From Iphione sp. A-MEVVRFRX5 (Eukaryota), in contig OZ320315.1 of NCBI GenBank assembly GCA_976226885.1, forward strand, positions 56,792,001 through 56,856,000: DNA of 64,000 nt. Reading direction: 5' to 3'. Both the position numbers and the translations under genes were made by a program. The notes below the pieces were generated by a model that saw nothing but the letters and a program-made list of their open reading frames with translations, was not told the origin of the DNA and ran no database searches. Numbering within the stretch: the first letter of the stretch is position 1; the number at the start of each line of letters is the position of its first letter. Positions 1 through 11,770 of this stretch are shown one piece after another.

Positions 1-280
1 TAAGTTACAGATCCCTGCTCGGGTGCTCCTCATGTGATTAATGTAGGACATGGTGGTTGTATTGTTCGACAGAATTAGCAAATGTTCATGGCTGTGATCA
101 GTGCAGAAACACTGTAATCCAAAGGAGACTCCTAAAAAATCTAGGGCATTAATGTGGAGCTGATGTTCGTCCGCTCCCCAGAGCTCCCCGGTGCTACGGC
201 CTTCGTAGGTCGCCCCCCCCCCCCCATCCCTGGAGTAAGGCATCCATAGTCAGAGTGCTAGAGGGGGATGTGGCAGTAAA
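1..280 (-). pseudogene. DIRS-type RNase H domain, catalytic motifs decayed
   Basis: Manual minus-strand translation gives TMDALLQGWGG...WGADEHQLHINALDFLGV...ILSNNTTTMSYINH. This matches the DIRS RNase H pattern TDAS-GWG / HIN-LEL / DN-T-YIN, with E>D and D>N changes and a frameshift at a poly-C run. Confidence 0.8.
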
Positions 281-931
281 TAAGCGTTGCGCAGTTAGCA
301 AGGCCCGAAGCCACCTCTGCAAGTCCATACAACAGTGATGGGTCAGTATGAAGGGACCGTTAAATGCCTTGTGTCCCGCTTTCCTGAGCTGTTAAATTTT
401 CCTACGCTCTAAATGTTTCAGATGTGCTGCCCCACACTGAGTTCCTTTAGTCAAGTCATTCAGGGAGCAGATTAGCTATGCTGCCCTGTGAATGGATGTG
501 GAATTAGCGTTCAGCATGAACTCAATGTTTCCTATCGCCCTGGTCACTTTGTGGTCGGTCGGACTGTCAGGTCCCTCGAATTGATGTGATAGCACAGGAA
601 AATGATAGAGGGGGATGGGGCACCGACGATTTGGCCTCATTGACCCTAAGGTCAAAAGAAAAAGGCATGTTTCTGCTAGCCCACCCCTACCTAGTAAAAC
701 CTCACCCAACCTAAATATTTTTTGGCCTCAAAGAGCTTCTAAGCCTGAATTTTCTTAGATATGTGCATTCACAGCTAATGTTTTTGGTACATTCAGCAGA
801 AAAACAGTAAAATCCATGGAAATTTAGCAAAAAACTGTAAATTGGTCAAAATTCATATTATCTTTATTATTGAAAACCAGAGGAAGAAAGTGGAAAGAAA
901 ATTTAAAAAAAAAAGAAGATATCCTCCCTCC

Positions 932-1607
932 CTACCTAGGTTTTTGGGTGGTCGTTACCAGAAACACACCTATTTTTTGGGGGGGCCTAAACCCCAGCCA
1001 GCGTAGTCTGGACATCAGAGGGGAGGTATGGGCTTCATCCATTTCTACAATGGGTGCTACAATCAGCAAGTCATCTAGATAGGTGAGAACATTGACCCCA
1101 TCTTTCCTGCACCACGTTAAGAATGGTTTCATTACTTTGGTAAAAATCCGAGATGCGTGACTTAACCCGAAAGGTAAAACATTGTAGCAATACAGGTTTC
1201 CTCCCCACTGGAACACAAGGTAATTCCGAAAGTCAGGGTGAATTTCCAGGGAATGGTAAGCACCTTCAAGTCAATCGAAGTGAGGAAAGACCTCTGGAAA
1301 TTGTCAATAATGCCGACTGAAACGTTTCCATCTTAAAATGCTCATGTTTAATGAACCTGTTAAGTGGCAAAAGGTCGATACATGTATTTAGTCGAAATTC
1401 ACCATTAGGTTTGGGTGGAAGGAAAACATCATACACAAATAGAGCCTCGGTAACATAGCACTGGGAAACCACCCCTGAGAGGAGCATTTTGTGTACTGCC
1501 TGGTCAATCACCTCCGTGTGTTTCCGAGAGAATACAAATTGCCGTGGTGTCGAGTCCTGTACTGGCTCAGCCTCAAAATTGATCATCACCCCTTGCACCA
1601 TTTGCAA
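932..1607 (-). pseudogene. DIRS-type reverse transcriptase, frameshifted
   Basis: ORFs 1266-1607 (PKPNGEFRL..IDLLPLNRFIKHEHFKMET) and 932-1216 (FQWGG..YNVLPFGL..YLDD) lie in different frames. Confidence 0.85.
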
Positions 1608-1950
1608 AACCTCTGAGTTAGATGTAATAGCACACTAGTTGTCATAATGAGCTTTAATTGAATGTCTGGTGTGTCCCCTCTACTGGGATTTGGGCTGGGG
1701 CTTCTGCTGGAACCCCAGCCCCTTCCCGTTTCCCTGCCAGGCACTGTCCAATTTCTCAAGGGCGCTCTGATATGTTGTTGAATTCGGCAATCAGTCTTGG
1801 TCTTGTTCTGATACCTGCTGGAAGTCTGGCCGCTCCCCTGTTGACCGGGACCGTGTTTGGGATATGGTTCAGCTCAATTGGCACCTAAATTGCCATTCTT
1901 GGGGCAGAACTTGCCTCCTGATTTCCCCTTGTCGAACTTCTCATCCTCTT

Positions 1951-2559
1951 CTAGTTCTTTGCAGTGTTGACGAAAATCGTCGCCAAAGACATATTCCAAC
2001 GAGGTTGGGGCATCTTCAGTGAGGCACTTGTATGTCTCTGGCAGACCCATTTGAGCTCCGTCCGGCGCATCTTGAGGAGTTCTAACCTGTTGCCCATTTC
2101 GAGGCCAACGAGTTTAATCAAAATTTTCTGGGCATCTCGGACCCACTCCTGGTCTTCCTCCTTGGGGATCAGCAATTCTGATAGTTGGGCCACCACAGTG
2201 AACACCGCATTGCAACCATACAACACACGTTGTAGTGTCTTATCCCGGATTTGCCCAGCTGGTGATAGGTGCAGCCAGAGTGAAGTGTTTAGTTTCGGTA
2301 CTTTCAACTGCTCCACATTGGCTGGATGAGCCAAGGATTCCCGGAGGGTCTTGATGGCTTTGTCCTCCCAGGGTTTTTTTAAAGTCTGTTGTTGACATAT
2401 TTGCCACCCAAGCATGAGTGTCCCTGGTAACTGACTTATCGTGGTTGATTTCACATGCGGCCTCTTCGAATAGTGCCCCCGCTGATGAGTTGCCAGACTC
2501 TGAAAGTGCAGGCATATTTGGGTCCTGTCGCATAACTGCAAAGAATTCTTATCATCCAC
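1951..2559 (-). pseudogene. DIRS gag-like ORF fragment
   Basis: Lies directly upstream of the RT on the same strand; the segment HPANVEQLKVPKLN..LW..IRDKTLQRV is typical of DIRS ORF1. Confidence 0.55.
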
Positions 2560-3376
2560 TGATATGTTAGTCGAGAAGATGCCCGCTTCCAGTGCCCGGG
2601 GCCAACAGATCCCGTTTGCTTACACTGGAACGGTCAACTAACAGTGTGTTGTTTGACCCGATCCATTCTGACCCCTGGGGCTTGGATCGCCCCAAGGATT
2701 TGATTGGGAGTGGCAGGGTTATTCCCAATGTTTGAACCGTCTTCTCTGTTGGGGGGGGATGTCCTCCAAGCCCGATTCATTGGTGTGAAGCCAACCTCCC
2801 TGGTGGTCACTGTCTGCTATATTGGACTGACCAATGGGCATGGACTGACAAAGTTCGTGGAAGAATCAAAAGCCATGAGAAAAAAGGCAGTGAAATGGTC
2901 GTAACTTGGGTGCAAAGGCCCCAAACTTGAGATATTCCCGACAGAATCGTAGAGTCCGATGTCAATAGATAAATCCCTAGTGACGTCATGTTCGTCCACC
3001 TGGCGAAGAAACAAGACTTCACTGTTCTCCACCAGATGGTGGCGAGTACATCTCTCTTGGTTGCCACGTAGCGACGAAGGCGGGGACTAACAAGATTAGA
3101 TTAATCTTACACAAACAAGGTGGTAATAGGTCAAATTACTGATGAATCATGAGATCCATGGGTTGACTTGATGTACATGTAAAAATGAATCTTCTTGTTT
3201 TATGAAAATATATTGTGACTCATAAACCAGCAAGGCAGTGGGAAGGGAGCTGAGTCGTCAACCAGTTACTCCTTTGAAAATGAAAGCTAAACAGTGTTTA
3301 ACCACAACATTTTCCTGTCCAAAGGAACGGAGACTAAAAATTTCTGTTTTTTATAATTAAGTCAAATTAAAAGCAG

Positions 3377-3524
3377 GTGTTTAACAAAGAACATAAGGAA
3401 CAAGCTCACCTAAGCCACCAGACAACTTCCATGGAGTTCATGGAATCTGGAACTGACATCATCATGGAACTCTTCGGGGAAGAAGGGGAACATCTCAGCC
3501 TGTTCTCTCCTGAGCAGAGAGACG
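3377..3524 (+). CDS. Candidate internal coding exon of an unidentified plus-strand gene, antisense within the WD40 gene intron
   Basis: AG acceptor at 3375-76 and GTGAGT donor at 3525; open frame VFNKEHKEQAHLSHQTTSMEFMESGTDIIMELFGEEGEHLSLFSPEQRD. No partner exon was established. Confidence 0.3.
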
Positions 3525-4189
3525 GTGAGTTCGAGTTAGTTATATTCATAGTAGGGTGCACTTGCCCTCCCTATTTTTTTTTATACATATACCCAATTTA
3601 TGTTACTGTATTTTAAAATCATCTATACCTGAAATCGCCTCGTTTGAAGACACCCATCCATGCAGGTGAACATCATGATAACATTTAGACATTCCATGAA
3701 TGTGATGGTGCACAGTGCATGTGAAGTGTATGTGTACGGTGATTTTTTTGTATTAAGAGAGTGTACTGGTATTTCTTCATGGTGCAGAGTGCATGTACAG
3801 TGTACATGTACATTGCTCGACGCAAGCACCCTCCATGAATTTATCACACTCTTCTGTGGAGAGGTGCATAAAAATGAGAAGGGCATTTACAGAGAGGGTT
3901 AGAAGCAGGTTATGACATATGTGAACATATGTTAAAAGGATTAGCAAAATTTACATTGGTGGAAGATGTGGGGAAACAGCGAGAAAAGTGGGGAAATGGC
4001 GAGAAACTGGAGGAAACAGCAAGAAATGCACTCTGTACCACTGCTGCCAGAGACACGTGTGCATAGCTGTGCAGAGGGGGAGGTCAAAACATGTTGATTT
4101 CTGCACACACTGTATACATTCACACCAAAAACGCATTCATGAAAACCTAGCCTTACTCAAGCACAAATAAGAAATGTTTGATTTCTCAC

Positions 4190-4453
4190 CTTGAGTATAA
4201 AATCTTCATGAATGCCTGGCAGTCTGTAAGCCTTAACTCCACACATTTTCCCCATTAGAAGATCAGAGAACTTGACTTTGTTATTTTTGCGCTTGAATTG
4301 AATGGGGTGGAGGACACACACTTGAGGGCAACCTGCGAATTCCAGCGCGCACACTGTCCCACGTCCGTCGCCCCACATCAGCAGCGAATGAAGAGGATCT
4401 TTTGGGTCAATCCAGTAGTCCATAGATGTGATAAATATTTCCAGTTCTGTTAT
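4190..4453 (-). CDS. EF-hand/WD40 protein (WDR49/EFCAB8/WDY family), coding exon 3
   Basis: tttag acceptor and GTGAGA donor, 264 nt, phase 0/0; ITELEIFITSMDYWIDPKDPLHSLLMWGDGRG...IHEDFILK; in phase with exon 2. Confidence 0.85.
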
Positions 4454-5307
4454 CTAAAGAACAACACATTGACTTGTTACTGCACTGGCCACTGGTGCCC
4501 TGAAAGACGCACATACTCAAATCATTTTTCTTGAAATTAATATAAAGGCAAACAGAGGTTAAGGCTCTATTTCCATGTGTCTGTGTTTCCGTGTTTCATG
4601 CCAGCCCATGTAGTTGTTTATACAGAGGTTAGGAAGAAACATGGAGAGATGCATATCCATGTATCTGTACATTTTTTATGCAGATAAACACAGAAGTACA
4701 TGTGACAAGGCTACAGACATCACAGGAATGCACAGGGAAGCTCTATCTGTGTGTACATAAGATGATTCATTTTCACCCCTTCAAGTAATTTGTGCAATTT
4801 GTATATATATTTCGCAGAAAGGGGGTACATTCCTTGTAATGTGTGTCATTTGTGTATACAAAGTCAATACAAATTTCTCTAAATAAACCATATCCAATCT
4901 TCAGAGACGCGGAATCTGTATAATTATCTATAGCCCTTTTTCCTGTACTTCCATACTAAAAACAGATGTCTTGACCATGAAAATTGGGACATGTCCCAAT
5001 CTTGAAAATGACTGACACGGATGTCCATTAATTAATGCAAGTTCATGCAGGATTACATGAAGTCACTCCAATTGTTAGCAATAGACGCCAAAAAAACACA
5101 GCCACAGCGCCAAATATGACCGTGAAAACACAGGCCCAAATTAAATCTGAGAGAGGTATACATGTATAGGCAGCTCCGGAAACAGTACAATGTTCGCAAA
5201 CGATGTTTGTCATTCAGTGGATGTAATTTAACATATGCCCAGTTTATTCAGATGTAAATACTTTCTTTTCGGAAAGACCCACTCCATAAGGATAGAAAGA
5301 TACTCAC

Positions 5308-5548
5308 CTGGACAGCCTCTTTTATGCTTCCGCCCGCCCGCATTTCATAAATCGTGAGCGATGCACCTGAGGTCGCCACTGCGATCATATTGAAGTTGCT
5401 CATACAGACCATCTCTGTCACCCAGAGGGCACTGTGTTTGGTATTGCTTTGACTTCTTGTATCTGTTTGCGACAATCGATGAGTTTTAATATGAGCGAGG
5501 TCCATGTTCCAAAAATTGATCACTCCTTCCTTTGTTATTGTTATGTAT
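5308..5548 (-). CDS. EF-hand/WD40 protein (WDR49/EFCAB8/WDY family), coding exon 2
   Basis: ctacag acceptor and GTGAGT donor, 241 nt, phase 2/0; (R)YITITKEGVINFWNMDL...WVTEMVCMSNFNMIAVAT; joins exon 1 in frame. Confidence 0.88.
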
Positions 5549-6107
5549 CTGTAGAGGACAAATTGTAAAAAGTCTCCTGAGGGTGCTTATCCATAAATGG
5601 CGTTATTACTGAGTCACGTTTCATTAGCACAACAGTCGTGATTTTGCTCAGACGTTTTAATCGAAGAGAGGAGAGCTATTATTTTCGTCTTTCCATACCC
5701 CAATAGGTACATAACTTTTCTCCGGTGTCCTCTGTATTGGCGGGGTTGGCGATGGGTGGGAGTGTAAAAGCCCTAATATGCATAATATGTAGCACGCAGA
5801 GCTTAGTATAAAGACCAGACTTTAAGTCGGATCCAATACACGACTAATTTTTTTCTTTTACCTCATATATTTGGACACTACGTAGGCACCACAGAGGTAC
5901 ATCATTCTAGAAATCACCACTGAAAACTGAATGAAAAGGATTTACAGAAGGAAAGTTTTGAAAACGACTGCCTTGAGGTTTGTTCCTCACCACTGTATCC
6001 CTCCCTTCTGCTCTAATGTTTTCCCTCCTGTCCTATTGCTTCTTGACTGTCCCTACCCCTCTCTCGACTGTTCAAATGTAATTTCACTCCTCATGCCTGT
6101 CTCTGTA

Positions 6108-6267
6108 TGTAGTGTACCAGTACCACCGGGTAACATGTTAGGGGTGAACATTGAGTGAGACACCACCACCCAGGAGCCATGGAGTAACACCACATGTGCA
6201 GTGCAGTAAAGGAGTAGAAAACCTAAGTTAAATCTGTCTTACTATTACCCAGCAAGGGAATATTACA
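6108..6267 (+). repeat. 5' LTR (160 bp)
   Basis: TGTAGTGTACC...GGAATATTACA; matches 10286-10445 except one C/T. Confidence 0.95.
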
Positions 6268-6268
6268 A

Positions 6269-6280
6269 TGGCGACGAGGA
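6269..6280 (+). promoter_or_regulatory. Primer-binding site
   Basis: TGGCGACGAGGA 1 nt after the 5' LTR; typical of Mag-like Gypsy elements. Confidence 0.8.
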
Positions 6281-6730
6281 TGAACATGAGGAGCATCACT
6301 GGAACAAGTTTTAAGTGAATCCTAAACAGGGATTTACCAAGGAAAGAAAGTTTTCTGCACTGCCATGTGAGGAGGTACTCACAGACAAAGGAGGAGTGAG
6401 GGAGCACAACCCCACTGAGCTTAAATGCTGGATTTCCCTGGGAAGGAAAGAGGATACCAAGCCAGAAGTGTGCAAGGACACAGAGGAAGGATATCCTACA
6501 GTTGTGAGTAAACATCTGTATGACATTGTGACTGTAAAGTGACTGTATAGCCAGGAGTGTTAAATCACGTTGTGGGCCCCAGAAATGGCCGAGTGGGCCA
6601 CCATTTTGTTTTGAGTAACTGAGGAGCATGATGAGCGGATACCACAACAGGAGTGTGGCTAGACACAGAGAAGAACCTTCCACATATTGGTGAGCCGTTG
6701 TGTGCAGAGGAATTGTGAAAATAGGACCAG

Positions 6731-6828
6731 AATTGCGATCGTAGCGCGGATTTGCAATCGTAGCACGGAAATTGCCATCGTAGCGCAGAAATTGCAATCT
6801 TAGCGCGGAAATTGCGATTGTAGCGTGA
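6731..6828 (+). repeat. 20-bp tandem repeat, about 5 copies (attgcaatcgtagcgcggaa)
   Basis: Directly visible periodic units in the element leader. Confidence 0.85.
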
Positions 6829-8344
6829 AGGAACACCTAGACTATCACCAGATCATTGTGAGTGTGTTGGGAATACAGGAGGAACATTTGTTCATTGTAT
6901 TGATCATTTCAAGTGAGAGATTTGGCATGTGTTGTCAGGAACTTTGATTTGTTTGTGATTATAAACATTCGTGAAATGGTTAGGAGACCACGCTGGTCAG
7001 TCAGTGAAGGAGGAAATCCCTTGGGAGACCACTGGTAGCGCCGTATCGCCGTTTTGGCGCCGAAATTAGCATGGGTAGCTGTCTGAGCCACTCAGAAGGC
7101 AGGAGAGGAAATCATCATCGTGTTTGGCGCGAAAATACAGCGTGGGTAGGCGTGGCTACCATGGAGACATCCCGCAAAAGCTGTCAAAGTCGGCTGAGGA
7201 TCGATTAGATGTGGTGGAACTGTATAGCAAAGTTTAAATACTGGGGGAAAGAAGTGGCCAAGCCTGTCTGGAGTGTGGGAGCAACCCAGACAAGGAGGAA
7301 AGTCGTCAGAATTGGCCGTGGTACCTCCAGGAGCGTGGGAACTGGAGAAAAGTCGGCGGAGCAGTCTGGAGGTGTGGTCAAGTCACAGGCTAGTCCCGCA
7401 AAAGCTGTCAAAATCGGCCGAGTTTGTCTACAGCTGTGGGGACGTTGGAGGACTATCTGAGAGGGGCAGCAAAGCTGTAAAAGTGGCCGGGAAAGTCGTC
7501 AAAAGTCGCCGTTCTGCATAAAAGCTGTCAATGTCGGCGGAACCTGTCTTCAAGTGTGGAAACCCTAGAGGAGGCGTGGCAGTGTGTACCAAGTTGTCAA
7601 AGTTGGCGAGGACTGTCTGAAGGTGCAGAAACGAAGTTTAGACCATCTAAAAGCATGGGAACTACTGGCAAGCTTCAAGGACGATCAGAGGAGGATCGCC
7701 GTTCTGCGTAAAAGTGGTCAAAGGTCGGCAGAGCTGTCCGGGAGTGTGGGAACCCGTGGAGACGATGTTTGAATACAGAGGGAAGTCGGCAGAACTGTCT
7801 AAGATGTATGGAGAACCCTACAGACAACTGAGGACGTCTGTAGACAGGCTATGGAAAGCTGGAGCAGAGTTTAAATACTGAATGTTTATGTGTGCACCTT
7901 AGTGTCCAAAGTTTCAATACTGAACTTTAATGTGCTTTATTTCAGGGAATTTTTAATGCTGAACTCTGATTTGTGGTGATGGACAATAGTTTTGATACTG
8001 AACTTTTACAGAGACTAAGAGTCTGGTGTACCCATTGGTACTGTGATTGGACTTTGAATGTGACATTTGATTGAATTCAGAGGTCTTGAAACCTGTTATG
8101 ACACTAACTTTCTCATTTTATTTCAGGAGTACTTTAATGTGTACATGTACCTGTATGTTTACCTGATGTTGAACTTTGTATCGATCCTGTGGTTGACAAT
8201 ATTTTAGTTTTTCAGGTGGTTGGTGCATTGTATGTATAGATAATTTGCAAGTTTGAATTTGGTGGTACCTGGTTTTGTTTAAATACTGTGGTGGTATATT
8301 GGTTCAATTATTATAGCTAGATACTGTGTTAGTCTGGATCCAGG

Positions 8345-10096
8345 ATGGCACCGACGGAGACACGCAGTATGGCTGAGCGTGCAAGTGGCAGTGGTTCTGG
8401 CAGTAGTTCCAGCAGTGGTGCCAGTACTGGTATTGTGGACGGCCTAAAGACACTGGAGGTGAGTAGTCTTCCTTGCTTCGACCCCAAGGGAGAACCTACT
8501 ACTCTGTGTGCGAGGTGGAAGCGTTGGAAGCGAGCTTTCAACCTGTATGTGATGTCGCGTGGTGTCACAGTGGAGGAGCAGAAGGTTGCTCTCCTGTTAC
8601 ACACTGGAGGCATGGAGCTACAGGAGGTATTTTACACTCTTGTACCTGAGGAGACAGGCATGTCCCTCAAGGAGTGTATCGATCGGCTCGACGCACACTT
8701 CGTGCCGACTGTGAACGTACCGTTCGAGAGGCACCTGTTCCATCAGCTAGAGCAGGGAGCTGGGGAGACAGTCGACCAATTTGTGTGTCGGCTACGTCAC
8801 AAGGCTGTCTCGTGTGAGTTCACGGATGTTGACGAGGCCATCCGTGATCAGCTGATCGACAAGTGTCGGGAACAGCGACTCAGACGGAAGTTCTTGGAGA
8901 AGACAGGGAATGCCACATTGAAGGACTTGGAGGATATTGCGCGTGCCTACGAAGCAGTCGAGGCACAAATGAAGTCGATGACCGGGACTGAGGCATCAAC
9001 TGCAGTGAATGCAGTCCGCTGGAAGGGTAACTTCCCAAAGGGGAACAAAGAGGAACAAGAGGGAGCTGGAAGCACAACCAGAGAAAGAAACAGTGAACGC
9101 AGCAGTGGGAAAAGATGTTTCCGCTGCAACAAGAAGGATCACTTGGCAAAGGATCAGGAATGTCCTGCCCGAGGTAAAGAATGCAGCAAATGTGGGAGAA
9201 AAGGACATTTTGCTGTATGTTGTCACACCAAAGGTCAAGACAGTCAACAGAAGCAACATAGGGAGAAGCACCAAGAAGAGGGAAAAACATATCAAGTGAA
9301 TCATGGTGCACCAAACAATGGACAGGTTGGAGGTTATGGAGACTACATCTTTGCAGTAGTGGCAGAGAAGATTGATGGTATGGTTGACCTGGAGGTTGGA
9401 GGAGTTGACCTGAGATCTGTGTTGATCGACTCAGGTGCATCCTGTAACATCATGGACAAGGCAACCTGGAACATGATGAAATACAACAAAGTGAAGTGTG
9501 TGTCCCAACTGTCCAACAAGAAGCTATTTACATATGGGCAAGCCAAGCCCATAGGGGTCTTGGGAATATTTGAGGCTGAGATAGAGTGCCCAGCAAGCAA
9601 GCAACACTGTTGGGATGAATTTACGGTTATCAAAGGGAGCGGAAGGACTCTGCTTGGTAAAGAGACTGCAGAGAGGTTGAATTTGCTACGGGTGGGACCA
9701 CCCAAGTCAGCAAGAGTGCATTCCATCAATGTAGATGGGAATGACATGGACATTCAACAGAAGGACTCCAATGTATCCACTCACATTGGGAACTGGAAAG
9801 AGGTCCAGAGGAAATCTCATGTGAATGAGGCAACTAGGCTGGGAGCCAAACAAGTGAGGAGGCTACCATGTTGCCAATGTGATAAAGGTGATGATGCCAT
9901 CATCAGACAACAACGTTTTGGTGCAAATGAGAAGGAAGATGTGAAAGGGAAGGTGAAGAGGAAGAGGAAGAAAACTATGAAAAAGAAGTTGGAGGATGCA
10001 GAGTACAGAACAGTGACAACAGAGGAGAGAACAGGAAAGATGGAGGATGAGAAGGTGAAGACAGAAGATGGAACAGCAGAGGCAAAATTCATGTAA
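8345..10096 (+). CDS. Gag-aspartic protease polyprotein (583 aa), RT/RNaseH/integrase core deleted
   Basis: Gag W..WKRAF..Y motif; two CCHC knuckles (CFRCNKKDHLAKDQEC, CSKCGRKGHFAVCC); protease LIDSGASCN; no YxDD and no integrase core. Confidence 0.92.
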   Translation: MAPTETRSMAERASGSGSGSSSSSGASTGIVDGLKTLEVSSLPCFDPKGEPTTLCARWKRWKRAFNLYVMSRGVTVEEQKVALLLHTGGMELQEVFYTLVPEETGMSLKECIDRLDAHFVPTVNVPFERHLFHQLEQGAGETVDQFVCRLRHKAVSCEFTDVDEAIRDQLIDKCREQRLRRKFLEKTGNATLKDLEDIARAYEAVEAQMKSMTGTEASTAVNAVRWKGNFPKGNKEEQEGAGSTTRERNSERSSGKRCFRCNKKDHLAKDQECPARGKECSKCGRKGHFAVCCHTKGQDSQQKQHREKHQEEGKTYQVNHGAPNNGQVGGYGDYIFAVVAEKIDGMVDLEVGGVDLRSVLIDSGASCNIMDKATWNMMKYNKVKCVSQLSNKKLFTYGQAKPIGVLGIFEAEIECPASKQHCWDEFTVIKGSGRTLLGKETAERLNLLRVGPPKSARVHSINVDGNDMDIQQKDSNVSTHIGNWKEVQRKSHVNEATRLGAKQVRRLPCCQCDKGDDAIIRQQRFGANEKEDVKGKVKRKRKKTMKKKLEDAEYRTVTTEERTGKMEDEKVKTEDGTAEAKFM

Positions 10097-10270
10097 AATT
10101 CATGTATGTGAAAGGGAAGGAAAAGGATCCACAGAGCACACCTAATGTCAACTGTGAAATCAAAGGAAGGCTATGAACTCAGTAGTATAGGAATACTGGG
10201 TCATTTAGGACATCATGACTGTGTATTGAAGTACATCTGAAGTCAGGGATGATAGGAAGTTTTGTTTTCT

Positions 10271-10285
10271 GAAGAAAGGAAGGGA
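10271..10285 (+). promoter_or_regulatory. Polypurine tract
   Basis: GAAGAAAGGAAGGGA immediately before the 3' LTR. Confidence 0.85.
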
Positions 10286-10445
10286 TGTAGTGTACCAGTA
10301 CCACCGGGTAACATGTTAGGGGTGAATATTGAGTGAGACACCACCACCCAGGAGCCATGGAGTAACACCACATGTGCAGTGCAGTAAAGGAGTAGAAAAC
10401 CTAAGTTAAATCTGTCTTACTATTACCCAGCAAGGGAATATTACA
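10286..10445 (+). repeat. 3' LTR (160 bp)
   Basis: Direct repeat of 6108-6267, followed by the TSD CTGTA. Confidence 0.95.
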
Positions 10446-11429
10446 CTGTAGACAAACACCAAGTTTGAAGAAGTGTGGTGTTGAAGAAGTCCATCACCAT
10501 GCATGAGCAAACATCTCAATACTAATGCAAAGCGGTGTCCATTGGCCTGGTGCATGTGTGCATTGCGTGACAGTGTGTGGCAGTGCATAAGTTAATGTGG
10601 AAAAGTCTGTTAAATTTACAAAAATAACAAATTTCATTTCACGCGGAAAAGTACTACAAGCAGTGAACTTAATGTGTAAAAGTACTAAAAATGGCAAATT
10701 TAAAGGGAAATTTGCAGCAATCCTGTTTCTCACTTCATCGAACACAGGTTCATTGATATTCCTGCCTGGTACAAATTATAGCTTCTGTATCCTACTTGTG
10801 TGTTAGTGTCTGTTTACTTAAAATTATCAGTGTTTGAAAATAAGATGCTGGACACCAATGGACATCAATGCACCCAGTTCTAATACTCTAGCAGTGAAAG
10901 TGCCTATACAAACAAGGCATAAGCCAATGACAGGGTCACCAAGATTAACGATGAGCATCTATTCTGAGTATTCAGAATTCAGCATGAGGTTCGGGCAGCT
11001 TGTACAGTATGCCACAGGCTTATAGACCCAAGCCACGAGGGCCAAGTGCTAAATTCTAAATACTCATAATAAGGTGGCAATCATTTATTTTTTGGTATAA
11101 CAGTATTTATACACCTTCTTGGAAGACTTTCTTGATAGATTAATCATCTCTTTTGACTTGGAAACGGTTTGTTTATGCACAGCGTCACTTTCTCCCAGTG
11201 TATTACACATGTCTGACCCAAATAACCTACTTAGCATGCGCATTGTGTGCAGACTGTTTACTTCATGTTTGTGGTAAGCATGACAAAAACTGTTAGTATC
11301 AATTCAATTATAATATGTGTGTGACATGGTCAAGCTTCCTTCCTCCTCAATGGCGACCAAGTTTGTGTCTGTCTGATATTTGTTTTTATAGATATGGCAG
11401 TAAAATTATAATCGCTTGAAAATAAACAA

Positions 11430-11761
11430 TTAACAATGGTTATTTTAACCAAGAAAAATTGGTTATATAAACACATGAAGCAACCAAAATATTGGTAGTT
11501 CTAACCAAATTATTTGGTTATCATAACCAAATTTATTGTTAGTTCCAACCAATTTTTCAATTTTCTGGAATCAAATGACCAATAAAATTGGTTGTTTTAA
11601 CCATGGCTTTTGGTTAGTTCTACAAAAAATTATTGGTAGAAGTTGTGACCAAAATTTATTGGTTAAAATGACCAATGGTTTGGTCGGGCACATATTGACC
11701 ATTGGAATTGGTTAAAATTAACCAATATTTTGGTAGATTCAACCAATTATTTTTTTGAGTG
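11430..11761. mobile_element. Foldback/MITE-like element built of AACCAA/TTGGTT subrepeats
   Basis: Dense quasi-palindromic AACCAA...TTGGTT motifs; the right end reads CACTCAAAAAAATAATTGGTTG on the minus strand; the left end is decayed. Confidence 0.55.
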
Positions 11762-11770
11762 CAACCTCTA

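Larger units (their letters stand above)
1..3070 (-). mobile_element. Degenerate DIRS-type (tyrosine recombinase) retrotransposon; gag-RT-RNaseH part, continues left of the window
   Basis: Minus-strand frameshifted pieces in DIRS order: gag-like ORF 1951-2559, RT 932-1607 (LPFGLSHASRIFTKVMKP...YLDD), RNase H near 1-280. The right boundary is approximate. Confidence 0.85.
6108..10445 (+). mobile_element. Non-autonomous Ty3/Gypsy (Mag-like) LTR retrotransposon, gag-protease only, in intron 1 of the WD40 gene
   Basis: Two 160-bp TG...CA LTRs with one mismatch; 5-bp TSD CTGTA (6103-6107, 10446-10450); PBS-like TGGCGACGAGGA; PPT before the 3' LTR. Confidence 0.95.

Noticed and set aside
2480-2510. 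CTGATGA...GAAA hammerhead-like motif (also near 37727, 38812 and 39352)
   Set aside because: Stem II does not close onto GAAA and stems I/III cannot be formed.
3377-3520. Minus-strand reading as exon 4 of the WD40 gene
   Set aside because: The phase-0 frame ends in a stop, and the open frame is out of phase with exon 3 and looks like antisense of the plus-strand frame.
6228-6836. 202-aa minus-strand ORF, and the many 60-190 aa ORFs antisense to gag, RT, RTE and YR genes
   Set aside because: These are shadow ORFs or products of repeat composition with no motifs of their own.
6819-8342. Nested solo LTR (TG...CA) inside the LTR element leader
   Set aside because: The TGTAGCG start is simply the last unit of the 20-bp tandem array, and the putative TSD is mismatched (CGAT versus GGAT).
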